Positions 31,852-43,395 of a DNA stretch of 64,000 bases are shown piece after piece. The number at the start of each line of letters is the position of its first letter. Positions within the stretch are counted from its first letter, which is position 1. Below the pieces are notes generated by a model. It was given only the letters and a program-made list of their open reading frames with translations, was not told the origin of the DNA and searched no databases. The position numbers and the translations under genes were made by a program. Origin of the DNA: Caecitellus pseudoparvulus (Eukaryota > Protista > Bigyra: Bicosoecida); assembly GCA_965644315.1 (NCBI GenBank), contig CBFFRQ010000038.1, forward strand, positions 186,001 through 250,000, read 5' to 3'.

Positions 31852-32175
31852 CCTGTATCACACTAGGTGGGGCCAAGACCGCCAGGCGTTGGCGAGGGCT
31901 CAGCACTCGCGAGGGAAGAGCGGCTCAGGCGCTTCAGGCCAAGGTGGCTGGATTTGGGCGCAGAAACTGCGCTCTAATCATATACAGGGAACGTTCGGTG
32001 TGTGAGCGCGGAGAAACTGAATCTAGCTTGAAGGTTTCAGTTTGGGACTTGAGTTTTTTCTTTGGGTGCAGGCAGTGTGTGGCTTGAACAGGGCAAGATC
32101 CAGAATACTGCTCACAAGATCAACTCATAAAACTTACATACTACATGTACGCATTCTTCACCTGCACGTTCAGAA

Positions 32176-32257
32176 GCGCAGATGCCCGAGCGGTCTAAGG
32201 GGTTGTGTTCAGGTCGCAATGTATTCGTACTCGTGGGTTCAAATCCCACTCTGCGCA
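32176..32257 (+). tRNA. tRNA-Leu(CAG)
   Basis: Acceptor GCGCAGA/TCTGCGC, anticodon loop TT-CAG-GT, long variable arm, T-arm; downstream TTTTTT. Confidence 0.95.
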
Positions 32258-32365
32258 GGCTTCATTTTTTGTTCTCAGACCCTTGTGTGAACCCAAGCTC
32301 ATTTTTCACTTCCCTGCCTGATACCAAGCTTGGCAGGTGGAACTACAAGGGAAAATGCCATTGAC

Positions 32366-35269
32366 TCATTCTGTGCGTGCCCGCTTGGCCGCCTGTTGTG
32401 GCGCCACACCCTGCGTCGCGTGGGCGCCGGCCGCCTCCGTTTCGGCTCGCTGCGCGTCGTACTCCGGCGCTGCCGAGCCAAAGACAGCCTGTGGAACAGC
32501 TCGTTCCTCGATGCGTACGCCACCTGTTGCGGCGGCAATGCGGGCGGTTTGCGCTTCGAGAGCCTGGAGAGGGTCCGCAGAAGCAGCGGCAGCGCCAGCA
32601 GCCGGGGCAGTCTCTGGCTCGCGGCCACGCTTGTGCCCTGCAAACGTGCCCAGCTCTGCCGCTGCTGCAGGGTGAATGCCACCCAACGCCCTCGCAACGT
32701 CACCCAGTTCGCCACTTTCCAATTGGGCATCGGAAATGGCCGGGGCCGAGTCTGCCGCCATGGCCTCCGTGTTGACGTTGCTGGAGGCAAAGGCCAACTC
32801 CACTGACCGCTGCACTCGCCGCATGTCCTTGTACGTGTCGGCATTGCCATGCTCCACCTCAAAGTCATGCCATGTGTTCCAGAAGCGCTTGTCCAGGCGG
32901 GGGTCTGCAAAGTGCGCCGCGTGGGCAAGTACTGCACGAGCTCGGTCCACTTCGCCCAGGCTCTTCTCCATGGCTGCGAAGCGCAGGCACATGTCCTTGA
33001 CATGCTTGTCAGGCAGCGCGCCCACAGCCTCCTCGAACACCGGGCGGGTGGCTGTCAGGCCTAGATGCTGGGACGTGCGGGCGATGTACTGCAGGTACAC
33101 CTCGTACTTGGCGTTGGGCGGCACTGTGGCGGCGGCTCGCTGGTACACCGCCAGCGCACGGCGCACACGGCCATACTTCTCCTCTAAAGACGCATACAGC
33201 AAGTAGAGGGGGGCCGCGTGCTCCGCCGGTGCATCCCGCACGGAGCTCTCGCACAACTCCCGCAGGCGCTCGAGCTTGCTGCCGCCGTACCGCTCCACAA
33301 ACGAGTTGATGTATGTGATCCACAACTCCCGGGCGTGGGGGAAGCCAAACACGGAGATGCCCTTCTCATAGGCGCGGAAGGAGTCCTCAAAGAAGGCCTT
33401 CTCCTTCAGGTACGATGCAAAGTTGCACACGATTTCGGGGGTGGCCACCTTGAGGTCAATGCAGCGTTCGTAAGCAGCCTTCACTGACTCCAGAGTGCCC
33501 AGGTTCTCCTCCAGGTCCAGGAAGAGACTCCACACACTGACGATTCGGTGCACTCCCGCAGCAGCGGCACTGACCGGCTTGCCCTCGGCAGGCGTGGGGC
33601 GCTTCACAGCTCGCGCCATGACCGCCCGCGCCTTCTCAAACTCTTCAGCACGCATCTCCATCTCGGCCCACGCCAAGAACAGAGCAGCAAGGTCCTCCGA
33701 GCTCCGAGCGGGCGCTGCTACAGCCCGACTGAACACGACCCGGGCACTGTCCAGGTCCCCCGCCTTCTCGTACAGCTCGGCGAAGGACACCCACAAAGTG
33801 TGGGGCTTCCCCACAGCCCGCTTGACGTTCACTGTCTTCACTGCCTCTGTGTACGTCAGCACAGCCGAGCGGTCCCTGCCCTGGTCCAGGAACAGCTTGG
33901 CTCGCTTGTGCCACTCGACGACGTTGTGCGGGTTCTGGCGCAGCACGACAGAGGACAGCAGCACGGGGCGGCGGTCCATGAGCAGCTCCATGCGGCGCAA
34001 GCGCAGCTCCACGTCATCCCCCCCCGCCCCCATGTCTTGCAGCTGAGCGAGGCAAGCCTCCGGGTCGGCAGGGGGGCTGGGCAAGCCCTCCCCCTCCCTG
34101 GGCTCCTCCTGCGCCGGCTCCTCCCCGGCAAGCTTCATCTTGGCCGTGAGGAGGGTCTCTTCGAACTGGGAGTACGCGTCAAAGAGCATGGCGAAGTCGC
34201 GCACGGTGATGACTGCCTGCACGCCCTCCTCGTACACATCCCGCGCCCGCTCGAACTCGCCCAGGCGGATGAAGTAGTCTGCCAGCGCACACCACAGGCG
34301 CCCCACTTCGTCAGTGAACCGCCGGAGGCCTGACCGAATGATGGCTTCCACGTTCAGCCCCGCCACCTGGGCGGGGTGCTGGGAGACGATGCTACACAGC
34401 TGCATCCACAGAGCGTGGCTGGACTTGCCAGTTGCCGAGACGAACTTGGGGTCGTTCACGAGCATGGCCAGCTGGGCCGCTGCTTCGCCCCACAAACCCT
34501 GCTCTTGCAGGAAGTCAATGAACTCCTCCCTGCCCTCTGGCGCCAGCTGCAAGTACCGGCGGTACACTTTCACAGCAGTTTCCGGCACACCGCAGCCTTT
34601 CGCGAAGGGCACATACGCCTTCCACACCCGCTCGTGCTGAGTGATCGGAAGGCTCTGCAAGGCGCGATCAAACACACGGCGAGTGCGTGTGATGAGCTTC
34701 TGCTCAGTCAGGTGCTTCGAGTACTCCAGCCTGTGCAGGTGCAGGGGGGCAGCGCCAGTGTGCAGCGCCAGAGCAAAAGCCGCACAGCAAGGCTTGAGCC
34801 GCGTACCAGATGACGGGCATTTTGTGCATGGTTACCAGGGCTCGCTCAAAAGCATTGGCGATGATGGTGTGCTCCTCATGGTTCGGTGGGAGCCCACGAG
34901 CCTGCATGCCAGCGGCGCAGGGCGCGTGAAGGTGGGGGTGCTGCGGAAATGGGAAAGGCTGGACCGCACTCACCTGCTTGCGCCTGTCCATCAAGTACGC
35001 GTGCCAGAGCTTGTAGCTGCCGGGGAGCACTTTCAGAGCTCGTTCGTAGATGTTAAAGCGGACCTGGGGCTTGGCTGTGTCTTTGGCAGCGATGTACGCC
35101 AGCCAAGACTTCAGCGCGTATGGATTCCTGGCCACCTCCTCCTCCAGGCCAAAGTCCACGCCATCCTGAGGCGGCGAGGGTGCCACGTGGAAGTGCGCGC
35201 ACGCAGGCAGTGGCCCAGCCCGGCACCTCTCACCTCCAGGAAACTTTGGTAGTCCTCCAAGCTTGCCAT
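32366..35269 (-). CDS. SYF1: Pre-mRNA splicing factor SYF1/XAB2 (HAT repeats); multi-exon
   Basis: EEEVARNPYALKSW, YERALKVLPGSYKLW, FERALVTMHKMPVIW, FDRALQSLPITQHERVW, LRQNPHNVVEW, RYGGSKLERLREL, FEVEHGNADTYKDMRR. Confidence 0.93.
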
Positions 35270-35681
35270 GCCTTTTGGCAGCCACTCACTCTGGGGTGAA
35301 GTGGACAAACACAGCAGCTTCCACCCAAAGCTGCCAGCAGCCAAGGCCCGAGCTTCTGGACACTGGTCAGCGTCCAAACAGAGTGCGCACGTCACGAAGA
35401 GCGCACACCACGCGCAGAAATGATTTGTGCAGACGATTGCCACTGTCTGTGCTCTGCGAGTCTTGGACGGCCCACGATCATGACCACGTCGCACCCAAGC
35501 AAATGACCGGCTATAGCACAAACCGAGTGCAGACGACCTACAGATCAGATTGTAGAGACTGCCCTGGGGCTGTCGGCAGGGGCGCTGGTTGAGGAACCGT
35601 CCTTAGCCTGCTGGCTGCCATTTGAGTTGCCGTTTCGTAGGAGTTTCAGCGCAGTCTCCGCGGGCTGCAAGGGCGGGTGGC

Positions 35682-37211
35682 ATGGCCAATTCCAAGGCAC
35701 GCCGCCCACGGGGATGGAGCAGACCCTTCATTGCCGCGGCAATCCTGCTCCTGCTGGGGCTAGCTTGGAGCATGTTCGTCTTGTGGCCCAGGACTCCGGA
35801 GGCAGCTTCTCTGCGACACAATGCTGCTGTGACACAGTCTGCGCAGCAGGAGCTCATGAAGCAGTTGGCGGCGCTGGAAGCCCACGTGCTGTCTGGAAAG
35901 ATGACTGAGGGTGACTTCAAGAACATCATGCAGTCAGTGCGGGCCAGCGCCGCCAACCTTGCGGCTGGCGCGTCCCAAGTTGCCGGCATGGCTGCCACTC
36001 GGGGCACTGTCGGACGAGGGGGGGTGGTGCTGAGCAACCCGGGCCTGGGCATGCCATGCACAGACTGGGACGCCCTCCCTGCCGGCCAAGCTCTCATCGG
36101 CAACGCTGGCTACGAGTGGATCCACATGGACACCGTGCCGCTGAAGGTGCATGTGGAGGACATCGAGGGACACGCCAACCGGCAGTTCTACGCCGCTTCA
36201 GCGTACTGGTTCTGGGTGAAGCGGCAGCGGTGGGAGCTGGACACGCTGCTCGTCTTCCGGCACATGCTGGACCGCGACACGGTGGCTGTGGACTTTGGCT
36301 CGTGGATCGGCCCCACCGTCCTGTACGCTGCCGCCTTCGCAGGGGAGGTGTGGGGGCTGGAGGCTGACCCCGTCGCCTACGGCGAGATGGTGCGCAACGT
36401 CGCCGCCAACGCAGGCGGCAGCAACAACGTGACCACGGACAACATCCACCTGCGCCACATCTGCATTGACTCCGTCCCAGGCGTCCGCACGTTCGGCTCC
36501 CTCACCGGGCAGGGAGACAGCATGTCCAGCCTGCTGTGGCAGAAGGGCACCCACGCCAAGGGGGACATGGCCAAGCACGCCTCTCCAGAGTACGCAAAGC
36601 ACCAGTGGCATGTGCCCTGTGTGGACTTGCCATCGCTCATCCACAGGCAGGGCATTTACCCGCAAGCCCCCCCCGCGCCCCATGTGGTGCCACGGCCAGG
36701 CGGCGACCCAGCCGCAGCAACCCGTGTCACTGCGCTGCTGGAGGGGGAGCAAGGGGGCCTGGAGACATGCAGGCCACACGGATGGGCGCCGTCCAAGCTG
36801 TTTGTGAAGATTGACATTGAGGGCGGGGAGATGCTCATCATGCCGGGCTTGGCGGAGTGGTTGGTGGGCGCACAGGCCACAGTGCTGCTGTCCGTGCACG
36901 TGCAGCACGTGCAGAACCACAGGGAGGGCGGGTACGATGTGTCAGGGCAGCGGGGCGTGGTGGAGGCAGTGAGGCGCTTCCCGTACGTGTACACGTCCGA
37001 GGCATCAGGGCGCGAGGGCATGAGCACCACCCCCATGGACACTGCTGCACTGACGCCAGAGACACTCTGCAGGGACTGCGAGTACCTCCTGACCCACGCC
37101 CCCATGCCTGATGCAATGGTGCGGGATATCGAGGCCCTGAATGCGCTGCACGCCAAGCACAAGGCTGAGGATGAGGCGGCACGGGCGCAGGCTGACGGGC
37201 AGCGGCAGTAG
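35682..37211 (+). CDS. FkbM-family methyltransferase, type II membrane (paralog 2)
   Basis: N-terminal TM (FIAAAILLLLGLAWSMFVLW); VDFGSWIGPT, VWGLEADPVAYGE, FVKIDIEGGE. Confidence 0.85.
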   Translation: MANSKARRPRGWSRPFIAAAILLLLGLAWSMFVLWPRTPEAASLRHNAAVTQSAQQELMKQLAALEAHVLSGKMTEGDFKNIMQSVRASAANLAAGASQVAGMAATRGTVGRGGVVLSNPGLGMPCTDWDALPAGQALIGNAGYEWIHMDTVPLKVHVEDIEGHANRQFYAASAYWFWVKRQRWELDTLLVFRHMLDRDTVAVDFGSWIGPTVLYAAAFAGEVWGLEADPVAYGEMVRNVAANAGGSNNVTTDNIHLRHICIDSVPGVRTFGSLTGQGDSMSSLLWQKGTHAKGDMAKHASPEYAKHQWHVPCVDLPSLIHRQGIYPQAPPAPHVVPRPGGDPAAATRVTALLEGEQGGLETCRPHGWAPSKLFVKIDIEGGEMLIMPGLAEWLVGAQATVLLSVHVQHVQNHREGGYDVSGQRGVVEAVRRFPYVYTSEASGREGMSTTPMDTAALTPETLCRDCEYLLTHAPMPDAMVRDIEALNALHAKHKAEDEAARAQADGQRQ

Positions 37212-37370
37212 CGCTGCTCCGGTGCAACATCCATGGAAATTCAAATACAAATGGCAACCAAATCAACTCAAATTGAACGCGATCCCTTGTTCTGCGACTT
37301 TCTGAGCGTTCCAGGCACTGCAGCGGCGCAGGGCTGTGTGGGCACAAGGCTCACCTGCCTTGCCAGCACC

Positions 37371-39439
37371 ATGGCTCGGCAGAGCGTGGAGCAGGGGCAG
37401 CGCAAAGTTGGCGACATTGTGCTTGAGTCCATGACGCGCATGTGCGAGGTGATGCTGCTGCAGCGCTTGCCAGAGTTCGACCTGCAGACGCTGGAGGACC
37501 ACGACAAACCTTCCCGGCAACGCGTAAGTGCCGCATGAAACGCTGGCACGCGCAGCCGTCATGAGCGCTCTGGCGCTTTGCTGCGCAGATCCAGCTGATG
37601 TGTCGCGACCTGGACGGACTGCGAAAGGTTATGCATCGAACCTGGGGGCGTCGTCTGCATTCCCCGTGCACCATGGAAGTTTTGCTGGCTCAACCTGGTG
37701 CGGGCGAGACCTGGACAGAAACGCTGGTTGAGCGGCTGGTCATGAGGTACTCCCCTGTGAACCTGACCGCGCAGGGCGTGGACAGCACCGGCTCCACAGC
37801 GTCACTGCCCCACTCTGCTGGCCAGCACTCCAGCTATGCGCGGTTCACCGGCGTCGTCCGGTCTGCATGCACCGCGGCAGTGGCCCTGCCAGCCCACCGC
37901 GTGGCCAGCAAGCTGTCTGAGGCCGCCACAGGCCCAGACGGCAAGGCACTGGATCCCAACAAGCTCGCCCTGCCCCACATGCGGTTCAGGGTGCTGGTGT
38001 CACACCCCGACGCGCCCTCCCGGCACGCAGCCACCTTCGCGGCCACCTCCCCCACCTCCACTTTCAGTATCCCAGACATCGGCACACCCTTTGGCGTGTT
38101 CTCTGCCGCCATCACCTTCACGACAGACGTGCACGAGCTGGCCCAGGCTGCGCTGAAGAAGCGCCAGCAACAGGGGCAGGCTTCCCGTGGCTCCCCTGCC
38201 ATGGCCGAGTCTGCCATGCTGGCGCCGTCAGCGCACAGCAATCGGGGCATGGGCGGAGGCTCCTCAGGCGCCTCCCGCCCCCTCACGACACTCATTATCC
38301 ACGACTATGCGGGTGGTGAACGCACCATTGCACCACCACCCCTGCCGGCGCCCAGTGAAGCGCCGGCCCCCGCCCCCTTGCCCAGGGAACCCTCTGCCTC
38401 CCAACCGCTCACCAGTGTGGCCGCCCTTGCAGCGACAGTGGTGCGCCCGTCGCACACCAGCGGCCCAGGGGCCGAGAGCGCGCCACCATCTTCAGTCGCA
38501 ACCGCCACATTTACGCCCCAGCTGGTGCCTATGGCGGATGCCGTGGCAGGAGGAGGTGCCTCACACCCAACAGCCCTGTCTCTGCCTGAAGGGGTGCGGC
38601 CAGAGTCCCTGACTGGGGGGGGCAGCCTCAAGGGCATGGGGGAGTGGGATGCGCCCCCGCCCCCCAGCAGCTTGGTGATGGGGTCCACCGTGATGGCCCA
38701 GGTCGGCCCCAGTCCCCCTGTCGGGCCCAGCTCCCCCACCACCCGAGCAGCGAGGGGCGGCGGCACTCCGCACTCCATTGGCACCAGCAGCAGCGCCGGC
38801 AGCAGCACCCCCACCTCCATCACCACGCCCCTGACAGGGGGAGGCAAGAGCGCTGTGTGCACTCCCCTCCTCACGCCGGGCGCCATGGGGGGCGAGGCTG
38901 CGCTGAGCAGCGCACCCGCACCCCTTCACACCGTGTCGCTGGCACACAGGGCCGTGCCCTCGGCGCCCTTCGCCAGCATCGCCAAGGCCAAAGCCTCCAC
39001 GCCCCAAACACTGCTAGGCATGATGTGCAAGGCAAATGGCTCGGCCAAGCCGGCCGAGTCCCGCGCGCCTCGCAGCAAGGCACACGCGGCTGGCTCCCGC
39101 CTCATCGTCACGGCAGGGGCAGGCACGCCCACTGCCTCGCCCCCCAAGAAGCACTCCCAGTCTGGCATCTTGGCACCCATCACGGAAACCTTCAGCAACA
39201 GCAGTGGGGACTCGCCCCGGGTGCGAGGTGCACCTGTGCGCCCGGCACCTGCGTGGGTGCCATCCCCCTTTGCGGTGCTGGGGGGGGCGACTGGCGGCGG
39301 AGCAGGGGCCCTGCTGCTGCGCCTGGAGAGTGCCTTGCATGTGGCACCTGCTGTCATGCCAGTGCAGCCCCCGTCCACGGCGCACCCCCTCCTGCCCACC
39401 TCCCTGTCCCAGGCCAAGAGGGTGTTGAAGGTGGCGTAG
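37371..39439 (+). CDS. ATG13: Autophagy protein ATG13-like (N-terminal HORMA + long disordered S/P/T tail)
   Basis: Exon 1 KVGDIVLE...MLLQR; intron ~37524-37588; then ETLVERLVMRY, YARFTGVVRS...LPAHR and IGTPFGVFSAAITF, resembling the Atg13 HORMA pattern (vLErW / Y...lRS...LPA / TP.G). The 3' end may be spliced further. Confidence 0.6.
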
Positions 39440-39602
39440 GCCTTGCGCAGGGAGACACTCTGACACAATACACCCGCCCAGTCCTCCACGCCCCCACTTT
39501 CGTCGGGTGCGCAGCTGCCTTTGACCTGGGCCCCTTGCCAGGCCGAGTGCCGTCACCACGCCACCCCCTGCACCAGTGGGCTTGCCCTGCCACGTGCCAG
39601 GC

Positions 39603-41062
39603 ATGAGGATGACTGCTCGTGTGCTGCTGGCGGCAGGCCTGCTCGCAGCCTGCTGCAGCCAGGCCTTCGGCAACACCGACTTTGTGAATGAGGACGTCAA
39701 GACTCGCCTGGACGTCTCCAAGCACGTCGTCAAGGTGACACACGCCGTCACCGTCGCTGGCTCCGATGCTCGGGCGAGCAAGTACGTATTGGCGCTGCCT
39801 GCCGAGCAAGGCAAGCACGTCGCCCACGTGGCTGCCAAGGAAATCGGCGGGGCAGGCACCCTGCTGAAGGTTGTGCAGAGTGAGAGCCAGTGAGTGCCGC
39901 CTGTCGTGGCCGCGCAGGCCGCCTGCTCTGCCAGTGCGGAAATCGCACTTGCAAACCCGCCTGCCTCAGCTCCACCCACAACACGACTGCGTACATCATC
40001 AACCTGGGCAAGGCAGTGGGCAGCGACAGCACAATGTCTGTGAAGATCCAGCTGTCCCTGACACATGTATTGACTCCCCTGCCTGCCATCGTGGAGCAAG
40101 CAGAGCAGCAGTATGTGGTGTACGACGGGCTGGTGCACATGCTGTCCCCCTACACCACCAAGGCGTCCAAGACCGAGGTGCGCCTGGCGTCCTCCAAGGT
40201 CAAGGACTTTACCAACGACGACGCCGTGCAGCCAGCCAAGGTGGACGGCTCCAAGATCGTGTACGGCCCCTATGCTGACCTGCCCCCCATGGCCCACCAG
40301 CCACTGCACGTGCACTTCGCCTCCAACGCCGCCTTTGCCACCTTCACCAACGTGGAGCGGGAGATCGAAGTGTCTCTCTGGGGCAACATCGCCGTGGAGG
40401 AGTACTACACCCTGCAGCACACCGGCGCCACGCTGCGGGAAGGCCTCTTTTCCCGCATCGACTACATGAAGGGCGCCGTGGGCAACTCCTTCCGAGCCCT
40501 GCACGGCACGCTGCCGGCTGGCGTCCGAGACGTGTACTACCGGGACATCATCGGCAACATCAGCACCAGCAACATGCGCCATGAATTGGACAGCACCGTG
40601 CTGGACATCGAGGCTCGCTTCCCCCTCTTCGGCGGGTGGCAGACGGAGTGGTACTTGGGGTACAACTTGCCCACACAGGGCGCCCTCACCAGCGCCGGCG
40701 GTGCCTTCACCCTCACCATGCCCCTCGCCATCACCTTCCCTGACTCCGTCACGGACGAGTACGTCGTGAAGGTGGTGCTGCCCGAGGGCGCCAGCGACGT
40801 GAACGTGCAGCCCGCCCTAGACATGCCCCAGGTGGACTCCTTCACGCGCTTCACGTACCTGGACGCCGTCATGGGGCGCCCCGTCCTGGAGATCCGCGGC
40901 ACCAACATCATCAAGGCGCACAAGGGCGACCTGGTCGTCACCTTCAACATGCCCCCCAACTCCATGCTGCGGGAGCCCGCCATGTTGGTGGGCACCTTCT
41001 TCACGCTCTTCCTGCTGGGGTCCCTCGTCTCTCGCACACGCCTCAGCGTCGACGACGCGTGA
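39603..41062 (+). CDS. RPN1: Oligosaccharyltransferase subunit ribophorin I / Ost1; 2 exons
   Basis: Signal peptide; intron from ~39890; YGPY, EREIEVSLWGNIAVEE, FSRIDY, YYRDIIGNISTS, RFPLFGGWQTEWYLGYNLP, TYLD..GRP, REP followed by a C-terminal TM. Confidence 0.93.
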
Positions 41063-41093
41063 CGTGCAATGCAGCTATGCCTCCACACCCCCC

Positions 41094-43129
41094 TCACTTG
41101 CGGGCCTGCACGGCTGCCCGCAGCTCCTTGTACCGCAGCGCACACTGCTTGGCCGTCTTGCCTTCCACAGCAGCGGCGATGGCTCGCCACCGCTCCTTTT
41201 TGTCCATGGACGCAGGGTACTTGCGCAAGGCGCCCTCCAGCGCGCTCTGCTGTGCGGCACTCCAGGCAGGCGGCGCAGACTGCCCGCCCGACGCGGCGGC
41301 AGCGGTGCTGCCACCCTGCACTTTGTTCCCTGCAGAGGCTTGCTCTTGCATGAGCGCGTGTGCCTTGGCAATGCAGTCCTCCTTGCTGCGGCGCGTCTTC
41401 AGGCCCAGCGTGTTGATGTAGTCTGCAACCACCTGCCACCTGTTCCGAGTGCCACCGGGGTACTTCGAAATGCCCTTGGCCAGGAAACTCAACTCCTGTG
41501 CTGTCCACGGCGCAGAGGTGGTGGCAGCCGCCTTGGCTGCGGCTGCCTCTGCAGCCCGTGCCTCTCGCTTCGCTGCTGCCGCCTTGGTTGCGGCGGCGAT
41601 CTCGCCCTGCAGCGTCTGCACTGCCTGCACCACCACGGCAGTCCCCGCCGCCGCCTGCGCCGTGGACAGCTCCGCCACCTCCACGCCACCAGCGCTGGTG
41701 TTGCCCCGGTCAAACCCTTGCCCTGCAGCACTGGCAACCTGCCCTGCCAACGCAATGACGTCTTCGTCCTCCAATCGGTCCAGCAGCAACGCGGCGCCGT
41801 TGCGCGGGGCGCCGCAGTCCTCCGTGAAGCCTCGCTTCCACAGTCGCTTCAGCAGCGTCCTCGCCCCACGCAAGGCGAGCTTCAGCTCGGCCTCAGCAGC
41901 CGCGGCAGCTTCAGCCTCCCGCTCTGCCGCTGCAGCTGCCTCCTGCTTCGCAGCCTTGGCGGCGGCAGCAGCTGCAGCCTTGCGCTCTGCCACTGCCGCT
42001 GCGGCGGCCTCTTCTTCGGCTTTGTGTGCCGCGACGCGGGGGTCACGGTTGAAGGACCGGTTGACCAGCGTCTGCACACGCTTGACTTCTTCCTTTTTCC
42101 ACTTCTTGCGGGCCTTGTCGTTCTGCTGCTTCATCCAGCGCTTCTCCTCCCGGCACGTGGCCTCCTCCAAATCGTACTCGTCCTCAAAGTCAGCCTCCCG
42201 CCACGACGAAAACACGAACCAGAATCGGTAAAAGGCGTCCACTGTCTCCCACGGCGTGCCCGCATCCCCAAGCAGCGGCACGGGCTTCACTGTGGAGAAC
42301 CTGGCGTTGGCCGCGAACACCGGCCCATACACCTCGAAGAAGTCCCCCTCCTCATCGGCGTCGGGAATGCTGTCGTCAAACTCAAAGGCAGAGTCATACT
42401 GCTTCCGCCGCTCGTCGTTGCCCAGCACCTCGTGCGCCTTCTGCACTGACAGGAACAGCGGGTCCTTCGTCGCCTCCTCCACAGACATGCCGCGCTTGTC
42501 AGGGTGCAGCTTCAGCAACAGCTTGCGGTGGGCTCGCTTGATTTGCTCGTCACTGGCAGTGGCGCCAAGGTGCCCCAAGCCCAGCACCGCGTAGTGGTTC
42601 TGCTTAGCGTAGTCGTACTCTCCATCCTCTCCCACAGGTGTGTGGGGCAGCGCGCCTGAGCTACCTGCCGCCCCTGCCGCTGGAATAGCTCCCTTGCGAG
42701 TGGAGCGCTGGGGTGGGCTGGCAGCGGAGCTGGGTGGAGACGGCGCCACGGGGGAACCCTCTACTGGGGCAGCTGGCGGTGTAGCCGGCGTTGGCCTGGC
42801 GTGCACCCTTAGGGGACTCGCCTGTCCAGCGGCTGACGCAGCCTCGCTGCTTGCCTGCGCAGGCGCCTCCTCAACTTTGGGTGAGGAGCCCCGGAAGTCC
42901 ATGTCCTGCCATCGAGCATATGCATGGCCGGCACCCTCCACCAGACGTTGCGTGATCCCAGCTGTCTCGTGGGAGGGAGGGGTGTGTGAAGGCTCAGCGG
43001 GCAGGGTGGGGGGCGTGCAAATGTGTGCCGTGAAGAGCCCCACGCACAAGTTCCGCAGGAGATTTCTTGTCCAGTGAAGCCATCCTCGGGTGGAAGCAAG
43101 CACAGACGGGGGGGAGGAGTGGATGTCAT
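41094..43129 (-). CDS. DNAJC2: DNAJC2/zuotin/MPP11 (J domain, zuotin homology, two SANT domains)
   Basis: HYAVLGL...LKLHPDK, RRKQYDS, FYRFWFVFSSWR, DPRV; SANT1 WTAQELSFLAKGISKYPGGTRNRW; SANT2 WSAAQQSALEGALRKYP..ERWRAIA. The 5' exon is inferred. Confidence 0.92.
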
Positions 43130-43395
43130 GGTGGTCCAGTCACTTTTTGCCTCGTGGCGTGAATCTAAACACACGCTGTCGAATGACAAGTGGGTGGGCG
43201 GCTAGGAACCACTGCGGAAATCGAAAGTGAGGACGTTGGAACGGCAAGCCTGTTGGTGGGCACAGCGCACGACCAGAGCAGCGAAACCCGGTCGAAGGGG
43301 AAAATTTGCATTTTAAATTGCACTTCGTGACCATTCATGAACACGCTTCTGCAGTCCTCGCAAGACAGGAGGGGGGGGGGGGTGCTCCCCGTGCC

